Origin: a virus
Virus record (IMG/VR): IMGVR_UViG_3300025436_000002
Coordinates: 1-64,000 of that record
Length of the DNA: 64,000 nt
Reading direction: 5' to 3' (one strand)
A program made the translations under genes and the position numbers. Shown piece after piece: positions 27,920 to 37,326 of this stretch (position 1 is the first letter of the stretch; the number at the start of each line of letters is the position of its first letter). Under the pieces are notes generated by a model. It was not told the origin of the DNA, did no database searches, and saw nothing but the letters and a program-made list of their open reading frames with translations.

Positions 27920-28971
27920 TTAATAAGATAAAAGAACTATGTTGTCTTGCAATAGATGAAGATTACCATTATAATAAAGATGTAAGAAAGTCAGCCCTTG
28001 AACTCTGGGAACAAGTTAGAGTAGATGTAATACATAGAAATTTTTATGAAGACTGGAAGCTAAATAATAAATATCCATGCCTATACCAAGAGTATACTGA
28101 CGATTTAGGGAATAAAATAAAAGTAGGATTTACCCTAAGGTATATTGGAGGTTCTGACATAGCTGAACATCCTCAACAGGCAGCGTTTGATCCAGATAAT
28201 TCCTTAATAATTATGACTATACCTAATTACAACTTTGATCAAATAACATGGAACAAGGTTAATAGAATTAGACTACTCGAAGCTGTTAGAAAGGATTTTA
28301 ATAGACTAAAAGTATCCACTTTCATACATGAATATACTCATTTTATAGATGAAATAAGTGAGTATACCATTCCAGATGCCAAAGGTAAAGAATACGTAAG
28401 TCCCCTAGATGGAGAAGAAGTCTCCTACACTGAATATGCAGATCAACCTGTTGAAGTTAGTGCAAGAATACAACAAACTTTTCATGAGATAGACGATGAA
28501 TTAGAAAGTATTCTTTATTCAGAAAAACTTAATTATTTTAAAACTTTTGATATCTTTGAAGAATTTGTAAAAGTGTTCTCACCCAGTTATAGAAAATTCA
28601 TAAAATATTCGAGTTCTGAGATAAAAAGAAAAATGAATGAGAAATTATATACATATTATGAGAATAGGAAAAGAGAGATTGAATTAGCTCTTAAAGAAGA
28701 TTTCATATTAAAAAGGGAAGTTGAGAGAGCTTGTACGTGGAATGAGGGAGGTTTTGAATCGATGATATCTCAAAGTACAGGTTCGATTAAAACACTTCTG
28801 TATAAAACCATGGTAAGAAAGAATCTTGATTACCTACTTTTTGATGAACTCACCAATAAGGTATCTGATATATATGATGAGAATAAAGATAGGGTAGTAT
28901 TAGAACTACTTCATAAAAAATACCCAAAGCTTACTAAGTTAATCGATGAAAGATATGAAGGTACTAAATGA
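27916..28971 (+). CDS. Zincin-like HExxH protein, putative internal virion protein
   Basis: FIHEYTHFID...YADQPVEVSAR; leader MINKIKELCCLAIDE. Confidence 0.6.
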   Translation: MINKIKELCCLAIDEDYHYNKDVRKSALELWEQVRVDVIHRNFYEDWKLNNKYPCLYQEYTDDLGNKIKVGFTLRYIGGSDIAEHPQQAAFDPDNSLIIMTIPNYNFDQITWNKVNRIRLLEAVRKDFNRLKVSTFIHEYTHFIDEISEYTIPDAKGKEYVSPLDGEEVSYTEYADQPVEVSARIQQTFHEIDDELESILYSEKLNYFKTFDIFEEFVKVFSPSYRKFIKYSSSEIKRKMNEKLYTYYENRKREIELALKEDFILKREVERACTWNEGGFESMISQSTGSIKTLLYKTMVRKNLDYLLFDELTNKVSDIYDENKDRVVLELLHKKYPKLTKLIDERYEGTK

Positions 28972-29588
28972 TAAAACGTATAAATAAACTCTGTAATATA
29001 CTGAATGAAATATCGGCAGGAGACGTAGGTAATGCACTAGGAAGAGCAGCTGGAACAGGTCTAGCTAAAGTAGCTGGAAATGTGGTGACAGGTCTAGCGA
29101 GAGCATCAGGTCTTCCCATATTAGCGGGAGCTTCGGACATACTAGGAAATACTGTTAATACCGAACTTTCAGATCATTTTAATAAGATATTTAAGGGAGA
29201 GAATGCCGACTTAAATAGAGTTAATACTAATAATTATTATTTCTATAATGATGTATATGCTAAATATCAAGCGGGTAGTTATGGGTATGATATAAACCTA
29301 AATAAGGACAGGATACCTTCATCAGAGTTGAGTACTATAAAAAGATTTGTATACCCTTCATTTCAAAAATTTGGATACGGAGTTAAGTTTGTAGGTAAAA
29401 GAACTAAGACAGGATTATTTTATTTTATATTATTTAAAGGAAGCTCAGTTATCCCTTTCAAAGATAGTAAAAGAAATCCAATTATTTACGTGTTACCCAT
29501 GAATGCTTTCAAAGGAATAACAGATGAAGAGAGTTCAGATGCAGCAATAAATATTTTATTAGAATACTATGGATTGAATGAAGAATAG
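28968..29588 (+). CDS. Putative internal virion protein with a Gly/Ala-rich segment
   Basis: Leader MIKRINKLCNILNE then GNALGRAAGTGLAKVAG. Confidence 0.55.
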   Translation: MIKRINKLCNILNEISAGDVGNALGRAAGTGLAKVAGNVVTGLARASGLPILAGASDILGNTVNTELSDHFNKIFKGENADLNRVNTNNYYFYNDVYAKYQAGSYGYDINLNKDRIPSSELSTIKRFVYPSFQKFGYGVKFVGKRTKTGLFYFILFKGSSVIPFKDSKRNPIIYVLPMNAFKGITDEESSDAAINILLEYYGLNEE

Positions 29589-29602
29589 GGAGAGATATTA
29601 GA

Positions 29603-30244
29603 ATGCCAATTGATAAACGCAAGAGTAGATCAGAAATAATTAAGGAACTCATGGACTCGTGGGGAAAAACAGGGAAAATCGGTTCAAGCTCCCCTGAAAC
29701 CAAGGAAGAAGCTCTCAAGCAAGCCGAAGCTGTTGCATATTCAAGTAAAAAAGAAATGTATGACTCCTATGGAAACTCTAAACCAGTCATTACAGGTAGA
29801 AAAGTTCCAACCGTTTCAGCTCCAAGTACACCTAAAGAAGAAACATCTCAACCTATTTGGAAATGTAAGGATTGTGGTAATATAAATAAGGATACAAATA
29901 AAAGAACTTGTGAGAAATGTAGGAGCACTAACATGAAGGATGCAATCAAGACAAATGAATCTAGAATAGTTAAACTAAAAGAACTCGTAGAGAGTGCTGT
30001 AATAGGTTTTAGTCCTCAGGCAGCCATGCTTATAGATGATATAGGGTCAAGTACTCCCCAGTATATGTTAAGTAAATTAAGAAGTGGTTTATCCAAAAGA
30101 GGATGTGCCCTTGAAGTAACAAATGAAGATAATGATTCTTATTTTGTAAATATCACTAAGAATCATGATGTCATCAAAAAAGTTAAACTATCTAAAAGAA
30201 AATTATTACAGGGAGATATTTCTTCAGAAGATTTATTAAGATAG
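29603..30244 (+). CDS. Zinc-ribbon-containing hypothetical protein
   Basis: WKCKDCG...CEKC; internal KLKELVES. Confidence 0.55.
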   Translation: MPIDKRKSRSEIIKELMDSWGKTGKIGSSSPETKEEALKQAEAVAYSSKKEMYDSYGNSKPVITGRKVPTVSAPSTPKEETSQPIWKCKDCGNINKDTNKRTCEKCRSTNMKDAIKTNESRIVKLKELVESAVIGFSPQAAMLIDDIGSSTPQYMLSKLRSGLSKRGCALEVTNEDNDSYFVNITKNHDVIKKVKLSKRKLLQGDISSEDLLR

Positions 30245-30340
30245 AAACTAAATAGACTTTAATAAATCTAAAGAATTGAGGTTGACTATTCTTTAGATTT
30301 ATGTTATCATGAAATAAGCAATGGGAGGGAAAATTTTATA

Positions 30341-31000
30341 ATGGCAAGAATGACCTTAGAACAACTTTGGATTTCGAGCACTACTCTAGAGGGAGGAGCT
30401 TGGAGGAGAAACTACAGCGGTTCTCCAAAAAGACAAGTAAACCAGATAGTCCCTTTCGTAGGAACTAAGACAGTTTTATTTACAGGATCATTCTGGGGAC
30501 TAACTGAGAATTCTGTCCACCTTGCGAATATATTATTTATGGATTGTGATATAGTGGAGGAGATCATAGTTCAACCTACCATGGCGGTAGCTCCTGTAGC
30601 AGTAGAGGGAGTTCCTATAAATAATACACGAGTAGTTCCTCAGGGAACAGCTCTACACGGATCAACTCCAGCTCCTAAACCCTATGGGGGAGTTTCTAAT
30701 GCAGAACCTAACTATAGTACAGCTACTCATTTTAAAGTTACATACAACGGGGTCAATTACTGGGTTAGGAAGATAGACATGAAACGCCAACCTTGTTTAA
30801 TTCGTTGTAGTTGTAGTGATTATTATTTTTGCTGGTCATACTCTAACTATATCAAGGGCTTACAATTTGGAGGTAAGTCTAAACCCTACCACAGACTAAC
30901 TACTACCCGTAAACCCAAAAATCCAAGATTAATATCAGGAGCATGTAAGCATGTTTGTGGATTTTCAGAACTTCTCCAGACCAGTGGGTATACGTTATGA
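30341..31000 (+). CDS. SWIM-type zinc finger protein
   Basis: IRCSCSDYYF...ACKHV; promoter TTGACT-17-TATCAT at 30282-30310. Confidence 0.65.
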   Translation: MARMTLEQLWISSTTLEGGAWRRNYSGSPKRQVNQIVPFVGTKTVLFTGSFWGLTENSVHLANILFMDCDIVEEIIVQPTMAVAPVAVEGVPINNTRVVPQGTALHGSTPAPKPYGGVSNAEPNYSTATHFKVTYNGVNYWVRKIDMKRQPCLIRCSCSDYYFCWSYSNYIKGLQFGGKSKPYHRLTTTRKPKNPRLISGACKHVCGFSELLQTSGYTL

Positions 31001-32127
31001 GTTTTGAGATACAAACTCATCATGGAAAGTTTGTTATGTCGGATAAAACTGCATGGTTAGGTTTCTACAATCAATATGTCAGTTGTGAATATAGAAGCCT
31101 AGCCAAGTTATCTAAGTACATAGGGATCAGTATGAAACTTTTAAATAAGATTTTTAAATTTCATAACTTCGTTAAGATGCCTAAGGGGAATAGAAAACAA
31201 ATAGTATCGTGTACCATGGGTAATCTGGATAAATCTAACATATCGGACTGGGAATTTATAATATCCAAATATACAGAAGGCATGTCTATTGAAACTCTCG
31301 GAGAGACGTATGGAGTACCTCCTACAACTTTAGCTAGGATATTAAAATCATTTGATATTAAGATAAGAGACACCGCTGAACGTAATATCCTAGGAGTTAG
31401 ACATGCAAAAATATCTAATTTAAGAAAATATGGTGTGGAGAGTCTTTCAGGAACTAAAGAAGTTCAGATGAAAGCTAGAGCTACTCTTTTTAAAAATAAG
31501 GGAGTATACCATATAACTGAGTTAGATTCATGGAGGGAGGATAGACGAAGATTAAAAATATCTGAACAGATTAGGATAACTAATAAGAAACTAATAGAGC
31601 AAGAGTTAAACCTATTATCTGAATATGTAGGAGTTTTTGATAAGGATACCCAAGGAAACTACATAAGATGGCATGTTTATGAGTTTAATTGTTTAAAATG
31701 CTCTAATGTATTTAAAGATAGTTTTGATAATTTTCCAAAATGCCCTAAATGCCGTCCATCTCCTAAATCAAAGCCAGAATTAGAGATAAGAGATTATATA
31801 GAAAAAATGGGAATACTCGTTGAATGTTCCAGAAGGGATTTGATATCAAATCCTATCACAAGAAGGGGTTTAGAAATTGATATATACCTTCCAGAACTTA
31901 AGTTAGCTTTTGAGTACAATGGGTACATATACCATCTAGAAGAGTCTAAATCTACTATAGATGAGAAAAAGAGATGGCGTAACTTTATAAAAAAAGATGG
32001 CTATCATGACAATAAAACCGCAATATGCCAGAAAGTTGGGATTAGACTAGTACATCTGTGGGAGAGTAGAAAACAAGATAATATGGATGAGTTAAAGAGG
32101 ATAGTGGACAAAGAAATAAGGAGTTAA
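30997..32127 (+). CDS. Hef-like PD-(D/E)xK homing endonuclease
   Basis: CLKC/CPKC, SKPE, LEIDIYLPELKLAFEYNGYIYH, LVHLWE; ATGA overlap. Confidence 0.75.
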   Translation: MSFEIQTHHGKFVMSDKTAWLGFYNQYVSCEYRSLAKLSKYIGISMKLLNKIFKFHNFVKMPKGNRKQIVSCTMGNLDKSNISDWEFIISKYTEGMSIETLGETYGVPPTTLARILKSFDIKIRDTAERNILGVRHAKISNLRKYGVESLSGTKEVQMKARATLFKNKGVYHITELDSWREDRRRLKISEQIRITNKKLIEQELNLLSEYVGVFDKDTQGNYIRWHVYEFNCLKCSNVFKDSFDNFPKCPKCRPSPKSKPELEIRDYIEKMGILVECSRRDLISNPITRRGLEIDIYLPELKLAFEYNGYIYHLEESKSTIDEKKRWRNFIKKDGYHDNKTAICQKVGIRLVHLWESRKQDNMDELKRIVDKEIRS

Positions 32128-32128
32128 T

Positions 32129-32218
32129 ATGGATTCTAGGGGTGATGTATGTCCTGCATGTGGGACTTTAAAAGATAAGACATGTACGTGTTGTAAATGT
32201 TGTGGGTTTTGCAGTTAA
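32129..32218 (+). CDS. 29-aa peptide with 8 Cys (not in ORF track)
   Basis: AAGGAG RBS; MDSRGDVCPACGTLKDKTCTCCKCCGFCS. Confidence 0.6.
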   Translation: MDSRGDVCPACGTLKDKTCTCCKCCGFCS

Positions 32219-32233
32219 TACAGGAATTAGAAT

Positions 32234-32416
32234 ATGTTTGAAAGTATTAAAAAAGAAATAAAAAGAATCATGAATAACTTAGATGAGATGCAAATCACTA
32301 TAGATAGTATGAAAAGACATAGGGAAGAAACCCAGAAAGTTATGTCTATGCGAGTATCTCCAAGATTATATACAATTTCCTATGAGGATGGCAAATTAAA
32401 ACGCACTTTTATTTAA
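32234..32416 (+). CDS. Hypothetical protein
   Basis: 60 aa in a tightly packed run, AGGA RBS. Confidence 0.55.
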   Translation: MFESIKKEIKRIMNNLDEMQITIDSMKRHREETQKVMSMRVSPRLYTISYEDGKLKRTFI

Positions 32417-32419
32417 TAA

Positions 32420-32608
32420 ATGGGGTATGGGTATATGGATTATACAAAAGAACAGATTAAAGATATTATAGGGCAGACAAATATATGGGTTAAAACACGA
32501 GAGGGTATATATACGTTAAAGGAAGCATGGGAGTCCTCTATTAAAGCTCAGAAACAGTTAGATAGAGATTTCGAAATAACAGATGACAAGTGGAGGAAGC
32601 TAATATGA
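32420..32608 (+). CDS. Hypothetical protein
   Basis: 62 aa in a tightly packed run; start uncertain. Confidence 0.5.
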   Translation: MGYGYMDYTKEQIKDIIGQTNIWVKTREGIYTLKEAWESSIKAQKQLDRDFEITDDKWRKLI

Positions 32609-32808
32609 GTTCAGAGGGGAGTTTTTGTCCGTCATGTGGAGGTACAGGAGTAGTAGATGACGTATGTCCAGAGTGTGAGTTTTCTTTTGCAACAGTTTTA
32701 AAGTGTCCTTTCTTAGACGATGAGGGGGTATGTAATAAGAAAGAAACTAAGTGCTCCGTTGATAAGGGTATATCCTTTGAGATATGCGAGATAATGAGAG
32801 AATTTTAA
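32605..32808 (+). CDS. Small Cys-rich zinc-finger protein
   Basis: CPSCGG...CPEC plus four more Cys; GGAGG RBS favours 32605. Confidence 0.6.
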   Translation: MSSEGSFCPSCGGTGVVDDVCPECEFSFATVLKCPFLDDEGVCNKKETKCSVDKGISFEICEIMREF

Positions 32809-32892
32809 AAAAACATAACTTTAAGAGATAAAGAGTCCTGAAAAGGGCTCTTTTTATATTATATTTAGAAATATACAGGAGACCCATTAGAT

Positions 32893-33828
32893 ATGAAAAA
32901 TTTGAATAATAGGGTATTTCAAGATTTAGAGAGAATTCTTAGAGGCCAGACGGGTAAAAACTTGGATATAGGTATTATAACAGCTGAAAATAAAGACGGT
33001 AGGCTTCTATCTGATAGAGAGAATAATGAAAGAACCGAAAGACTGTATAGGGATTTAAAAGAAATTCCGCACATTAGGATGTATAGTTTACAAGGTAATT
33101 CTAATGGGGTAGATGAGAACTCGTTCTTAGTTACGGGAGTACCTTTAAAAAAATTGGAGCAATTAGCTAGTAACTATGAACAACCTTCATTCATATACGG
33201 GAAAGGTAGAGAGGATGATATGTCCTTTCTATATATGTCAGCCATGAACTCTGGAAATGGGCATGTGGATTACGAACCTCAAGGCAGAAGAAGAACTTTT
33301 ATATTTAAACCAGATGCTAGATCTGACTATAGTAGGTATAAGGGGATTAAGTTTGTAATACCTTTCGGGGATAGTAATTATGCTGGGACGACATGGGACG
33401 AACTAACTGAGGAAGACAAAGGAGAGATGTCAGAAGAACAACACATGGAAGATGAGTTAAGTAATGAGCTATCAGAATATCCCGAGGACATTAATTATAA
33501 AAAGGAAAATGAACGGATGGAAAAATCACAGATATTAAGAATTAAAAATTTAGTAGAGTCCTTAGTTGTGGATGAGAAAGAGAAAGTCAAGATAAAAGTA
33601 AAACATGCAGACCTGTTAGAGATTCCAGAGGATAAGAAATTTTGGCAGATGCCTTTCAAGCATTACACGGATCTAGTAGATTCTAAAGGAAAAGATGGGT
33701 ATCAAAAGGTTATACGTGCACTAACCAATTTAGAAACTTGGAACGAAAAAGATGATCCTAAGATTTCAAGAGAAGCTAGAAAACTTATAGAGAAATTACA
33801 CCAGAAATTCAGACCTGATGAAAAATAG
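32893..33828 (+). CDS. DUF3293-like protein with an extra C-terminal domain
   Basis: IITAEN...ENNERTERL...ENSFLV...LASNYEQPSFIY; late motif at 32853. Confidence 0.5.
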   Translation: MKNLNNRVFQDLERILRGQTGKNLDIGIITAENKDGRLLSDRENNERTERLYRDLKEIPHIRMYSLQGNSNGVDENSFLVTGVPLKKLEQLASNYEQPSFIYGKGREDDMSFLYMSAMNSGNGHVDYEPQGRRRTFIFKPDARSDYSRYKGIKFVIPFGDSNYAGTTWDELTEEDKGEMSEEQHMEDELSNELSEYPEDINYKKENERMEKSQILRIKNLVESLVVDEKEKVKIKVKHADLLEIPEDKKFWQMPFKHYTDLVDSKGKDGYQKVIRALTNLETWNEKDDPKISREARKLIEKLHQKFRPDEK

Positions 33829-35074
33829 ATATGTGACAACTAATTTCGGGATACTTGATAAGGAGTCGGTAGAGGACTGGAGGAATTATTATACTTTATA
33901 CCTTAAAGGGAATTCTACTGAGGAACTATCAGATCAACTAAAGATAAGCAGAAGTCTATTGATTAGAATATTTAGAAATTTAAAGTTCCCCCTAATTGGA
34001 AAAGATTATATAAAAACAAATCTTGGGGTTATGGATAAGAGAGATCTGAGTATATGGAAACCTTACCATGTATCCTACATAAATGGGGAGTTTTCCATAA
34101 AGGACATAGCTAAGACTTTGGATATAAGTTATTGCTCTTTGAGTCGTATCTTTAAGAGATTTAATTTAAGCATGGTCGAGCCCTCTATAAGGAATACTAG
34201 ACGAAAGATTAAGATAGATGCTACTATAATGTCTAAATATGGGGTAACTCACATACTACAATCCAAAGATATAAAAAATAAGATAAGGAACACTAACTTA
34301 GAAAGAAGAGGTGTAGAGTACCCGTCCCAGTGTAGGAAAGTTAGAGATAAGATAGAGAAGGTTTGTATTAAAAAATACGGAGTCTCTTGTGTTTTAAGGA
34401 ATAAGTCTATCAAAAGACAAATATCAGATACTTTAAATATAAAGTATGGAGTAAGTTATTGTGGACAAATAGAAACCCACACAAATATACTTAAGGGTAG
34501 GGCTTTATTAAGATGGGAGGAATATCTACTAGAAAACGACTATACTTTACTAAGTGAATACTCTGGAAGAATTGAGAAAGAATCTGGAAAGTATGTATGT
34601 AATAAGGAGTACTCTTTCAAACATAACCCATGTGGAAACATATTTAAGAGTACCCTCTCCAAAAGTATCATATGTCCACACTGTTGTAGGGGGAATAGGT
34701 CAAAAAATGAGATAGATATACACAGTTATATTATATCGTTAGGTTTCGAGGTAGAGACAAATAATTGGAATCTCATAAAGAATCCTGTAACGGGGAGATG
34801 TTTTGAGATAGACCTATATATACCTAAATTGAGAATAGCCTTTGAGTATAATGGATGGTATTGGCATAGGGAAGTAGACGAAGCAGATACCATAAATTTA
34901 AACATTAAAGACACTAAACCAAATGGATATCATGATTTAAAAACAAGCCTATGTAAGGATGCAGATATCAGACTGTACCACCTCTGGGAAAGTAGGAAGG
35001 GTGATAACATAGAAGAGTTAAAACAACAGGTATTTTATATTTTAAATGTATACTTAGACAATAAAGAAGATTAA
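33818..35074 (+). CDS. Hef-like PD-(D/E)xK homing endonuclease with KYGV repeats
   Basis: HNPCG/CPHC, FEIDLYIPKLRIAFEYNGWYWH, LYHLWE. Confidence 0.75.
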   Translation: MKNRYVTTNFGILDKESVEDWRNYYTLYLKGNSTEELSDQLKISRSLLIRIFRNLKFPLIGKDYIKTNLGVMDKRDLSIWKPYHVSYINGEFSIKDIAKTLDISYCSLSRIFKRFNLSMVEPSIRNTRRKIKIDATIMSKYGVTHILQSKDIKNKIRNTNLERRGVEYPSQCRKVRDKIEKVCIKKYGVSCVLRNKSIKRQISDTLNIKYGVSYCGQIETHTNILKGRALLRWEEYLLENDYTLLSEYSGRIEKESGKYVCNKEYSFKHNPCGNIFKSTLSKSIICPHCCRGNRSKNEIDIHSYIISLGFEVETNNWNLIKNPVTGRCFEIDLYIPKLRIAFEYNGWYWHREVDEADTINLNIKDTKPNGYHDLKTSLCKDADIRLYHLWESRKGDNIEELKQQVFYILNVYLDNKED

Positions 35075-35097
35075 TTAGAGAAAGGAGGTTAAATAGA

Positions 35098-35184
35098 ATG
35101 GCTAAAGCTAAAAAACCACAACCAAAACCACAAGCAGCTCCAGTTAAGAAACCAAATAAACCCGTTAAGAAAAAAGGTAAATAA
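35098..35184 (+). CDS. 28-aa Lys/Pro-rich basic peptide (not in ORF track)
   Basis: AAAGGAGG RBS; MAKAKKPQPKPQAAPVKKPNKPVKKKGK; late motif at 35034. Confidence 0.65.
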   Translation: MAKAKKPQPKPQAAPVKKPNKPVKKKGK

Positions 35185-35185
35185 C

Positions 35186-35590
35186 ATGTCGTTAAATAGA
35201 TTAAGGAAGATAATTGAATCTGTACAAGAAGGTAGAAGTCTAGTTAATGAAAATGAAACTACTGAGAAGAACATAAAGGCTTTTATAGAGGGTTCTATTG
35301 AGGACTTAGAGAACATGCTTAGAGTACAACGGGATAAAGTAAGCATAGAAGTTATTAGGAGAACTAGAGAAGTCATAGCTGATTTAAAAAAAGCTCTTCA
35401 ACTCATGGCACATGTATGTGAAGACTACATAGATGAAGACGGAGAAGGGGCTTCATTCGACGGTGGCATAGGAGATTTGGGAGAATTACCTAAAGTTGCC
35501 TATGGAAGTGTAGACTCCCGAGGTGGTAGCATGCGATACAAAGATAAAAGCATGATAAAAAAGAAAAAGCGGAAGAAAAAACAAGATTAA
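35186..35590 (+). CDS. Putative internal head protein with poly-Lys tail
   Basis: Leader MSLNRLRKIIES; LVNE site; C-terminal KKKKRKKK. Confidence 0.55.
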   Translation: MSLNRLRKIIESVQEGRSLVNENETTEKNIKAFIEGSIEDLENMLRVQRDKVSIEVIRRTREVIADLKKALQLMAHVCEDYIDEDGEGASFDGGIGDLGELPKVAYGSVDSRGGSMRYKDKSMIKKKKRKKKQD

Positions 35591-35672
35591 TATACACATC
35601 TTTATATTATAATTATTAAGGGATAGGTTATTTATAGCTCTATCCCACTTTTGTTAATAAAGGAGGCTGCCT

Positions 35673-36119
35673 TTGAGTATTCTTACAGATCTTTTACAGG
35701 TCTTCACGACTATTACCCCAGGCATACTTGACGTGTATATAAATTTATTTGGAGTACCTTGTGACATATTCCATCCAGTAGTAGAGGATAGATTTTTTGA
35801 CGATCATGCTAAACCTAAATATTTAAAAATACCTAATGAGAGAGATAGGCAAGTATTAATAGTAAACTTCATAAAAAGTAGTGCGTTAAGAGGGAACATG
35901 GTTCAATTCGAATCCTTCTTTGGGGATGGGGACGACAGACCTTTTATAATAACACATGAAGCACAACGTCTCCCACCTAGAACTAGGATAGATGCTTATT
36001 TCGGCTCCACTAAAATGTCGTTCCAAACTGAGACTGATTACGTCATAACGGGTTGTGAAACCCCAAATGCAGCAGGAAATACTATAATGGTTAAACAAAT
36101 GTTGAGACCCTTAACTTAA
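35673..36119 (+). CDS. Head closure / neck protein (gp14-like)
   Basis: YINLFGVPCDIFHP; TTG start with AAGGAGG; synteny. Confidence 0.5.
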   Translation: MSILTDLLQVFTTITPGILDVYINLFGVPCDIFHPVVEDRFFDDHAKPKYLKIPNERDRQVLIVNFIKSSALRGNMVQFESFFGDGDDRPFIITHEAQRLPPRTRIDAYFGSTKMSFQTETDYVITGCETPNAAGNTIMVKQMLRPLT

Positions 36120-36134
36120 CGGAAGAGTATATAA

Positions 36135-37094
36135 ATGTATTTTAAATATATAGTAAATTCATTTTTTAAAGATGTAAAACAGTATTCAGATTTTAATTTT
36201 ATGGATTTAATGAGTCCTGAGGAAAACGTACTAACAGATAAGTATTACTTCTTTGATGCTGTCTTACAATTTGATGAAAGATTTCGTAAAAGGATGGCTT
36301 ATAAATCATATGAGGATAGGGAAGATCCCTTTATATGTGCTATGTGGAATATGTCAATAATGTCTCCCATAACTGAGCAATCAAGACAGTTCCAATCATT
36401 TAAAACTAGTATGAATACTGGAACAGCAGAAGAATTTACAATTAAAAATGTACAGTGTACTTTTAATGTTGTATGGGTTTCAAACGATCCAGAATATTTG
36501 ATGTCTTTTGAAGAATATTTCATGGTAAGTTATGATAGAAGTATCACCCTCGATACGACATATGAAGTACCTGTAACTTATCAAGACATGGGAAGTGTGT
36601 CTGAAATTAATCAGATCTTAAAAACTTTTAAAGTTGAAGGTGAGTATCATTTTGTAACTATTGGGGATACGGTGTCGATATTTAACTCATTAAATAACAA
36701 TGGAAGCTATTTAATAACAAACGTATTAATATCTGGAGGAAACACTACATTAACTACTTCTAATTCGATACCTAGTCCAGTGGTTGATGGCACAGCTGTT
36801 AAGAATAACGGAGTTTGGGAATTAGATGCTAAAGCATACCTGACTAATATAGCTTTTTCAGAATTTAATAAGTTGGAGCCCTTAGATAGGGGAGAGATGA
36901 CCTTTTTAACTAGTACTATGGATTTACAATATCCGATACTTATGAATAAAACTAGGACAAATAACGGAGGGACAGGCGGATTACCTAAAAAAATCATAAA
37001 ACACATCCACTATAAAACTAAAACGGTAGCTGACGTATCCAATGTAACAGCGTCCGACATGACAACCCCATATGAAGAAATAATCATAGAATAA
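36135..37094 (+). CDS. Tail terminator / sheath stabiliser (gp15-like) with an inserted beta domain
   Basis: Position before sheath; ends in KKIIKHI-type strand. Confidence 0.5.
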   Translation: MYFKYIVNSFFKDVKQYSDFNFMDLMSPEENVLTDKYYFFDAVLQFDERFRKRMAYKSYEDREDPFICAMWNMSIMSPITEQSRQFQSFKTSMNTGTAEEFTIKNVQCTFNVVWVSNDPEYLMSFEEYFMVSYDRSITLDTTYEVPVTYQDMGSVSEINQILKTFKVEGEYHFVTIGDTVSIFNSLNNNGSYLITNVLISGGNTTLTTSNSIPSPVVDGTAVKNNGVWELDAKAYLTNIAFSEFNKLEPLDRGEMTFLTSTMDLQYPILMNKTRTNNGGTGGLPKKIIKHIHYKTKTVADVSNVTASDMTTPYEEIIIE

Positions 37095-37145
37095 ATTGCT
37101 AAGATTTATATTATATATAGATGAAACTTAGAGGAGAATATAAGA

Positions 37146-37304
37146 ATGTACGAAGCAAGAATAATCTCTAAAGCTGACTACCCCGTAGTCATAAAGTACA
37201 AGGGAGAGTTCAAGGTAGTAAGCCCAAGGGAACAATTTAATGTAGTTAAAAAATCAGACATAGAGGGTGTGTTACCTTCTGAATTAAGAATGGTAAGTTA
37301 TTAG
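37146..37304 (+). CDS. 52-aa hypothetical late protein (not in ORF track)
   Basis: GAGGAG RBS, late motif at 37105; MYEARIISKADYPVVIKY... Confidence 0.6.
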   Translation: MYEARIISKADYPVVIKYKGEFKVVSPREQFNVVKKSDIEGVLPSELRMVSY

Positions 37305-37326
37305 TTATTAATTAGGAGATATACAC

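Noticed and set aside
20830-35074. Introns housing the homing endonuclease genes
   Set aside because: Flanking genes appear complete and no intron core was seen; treated as free-standing
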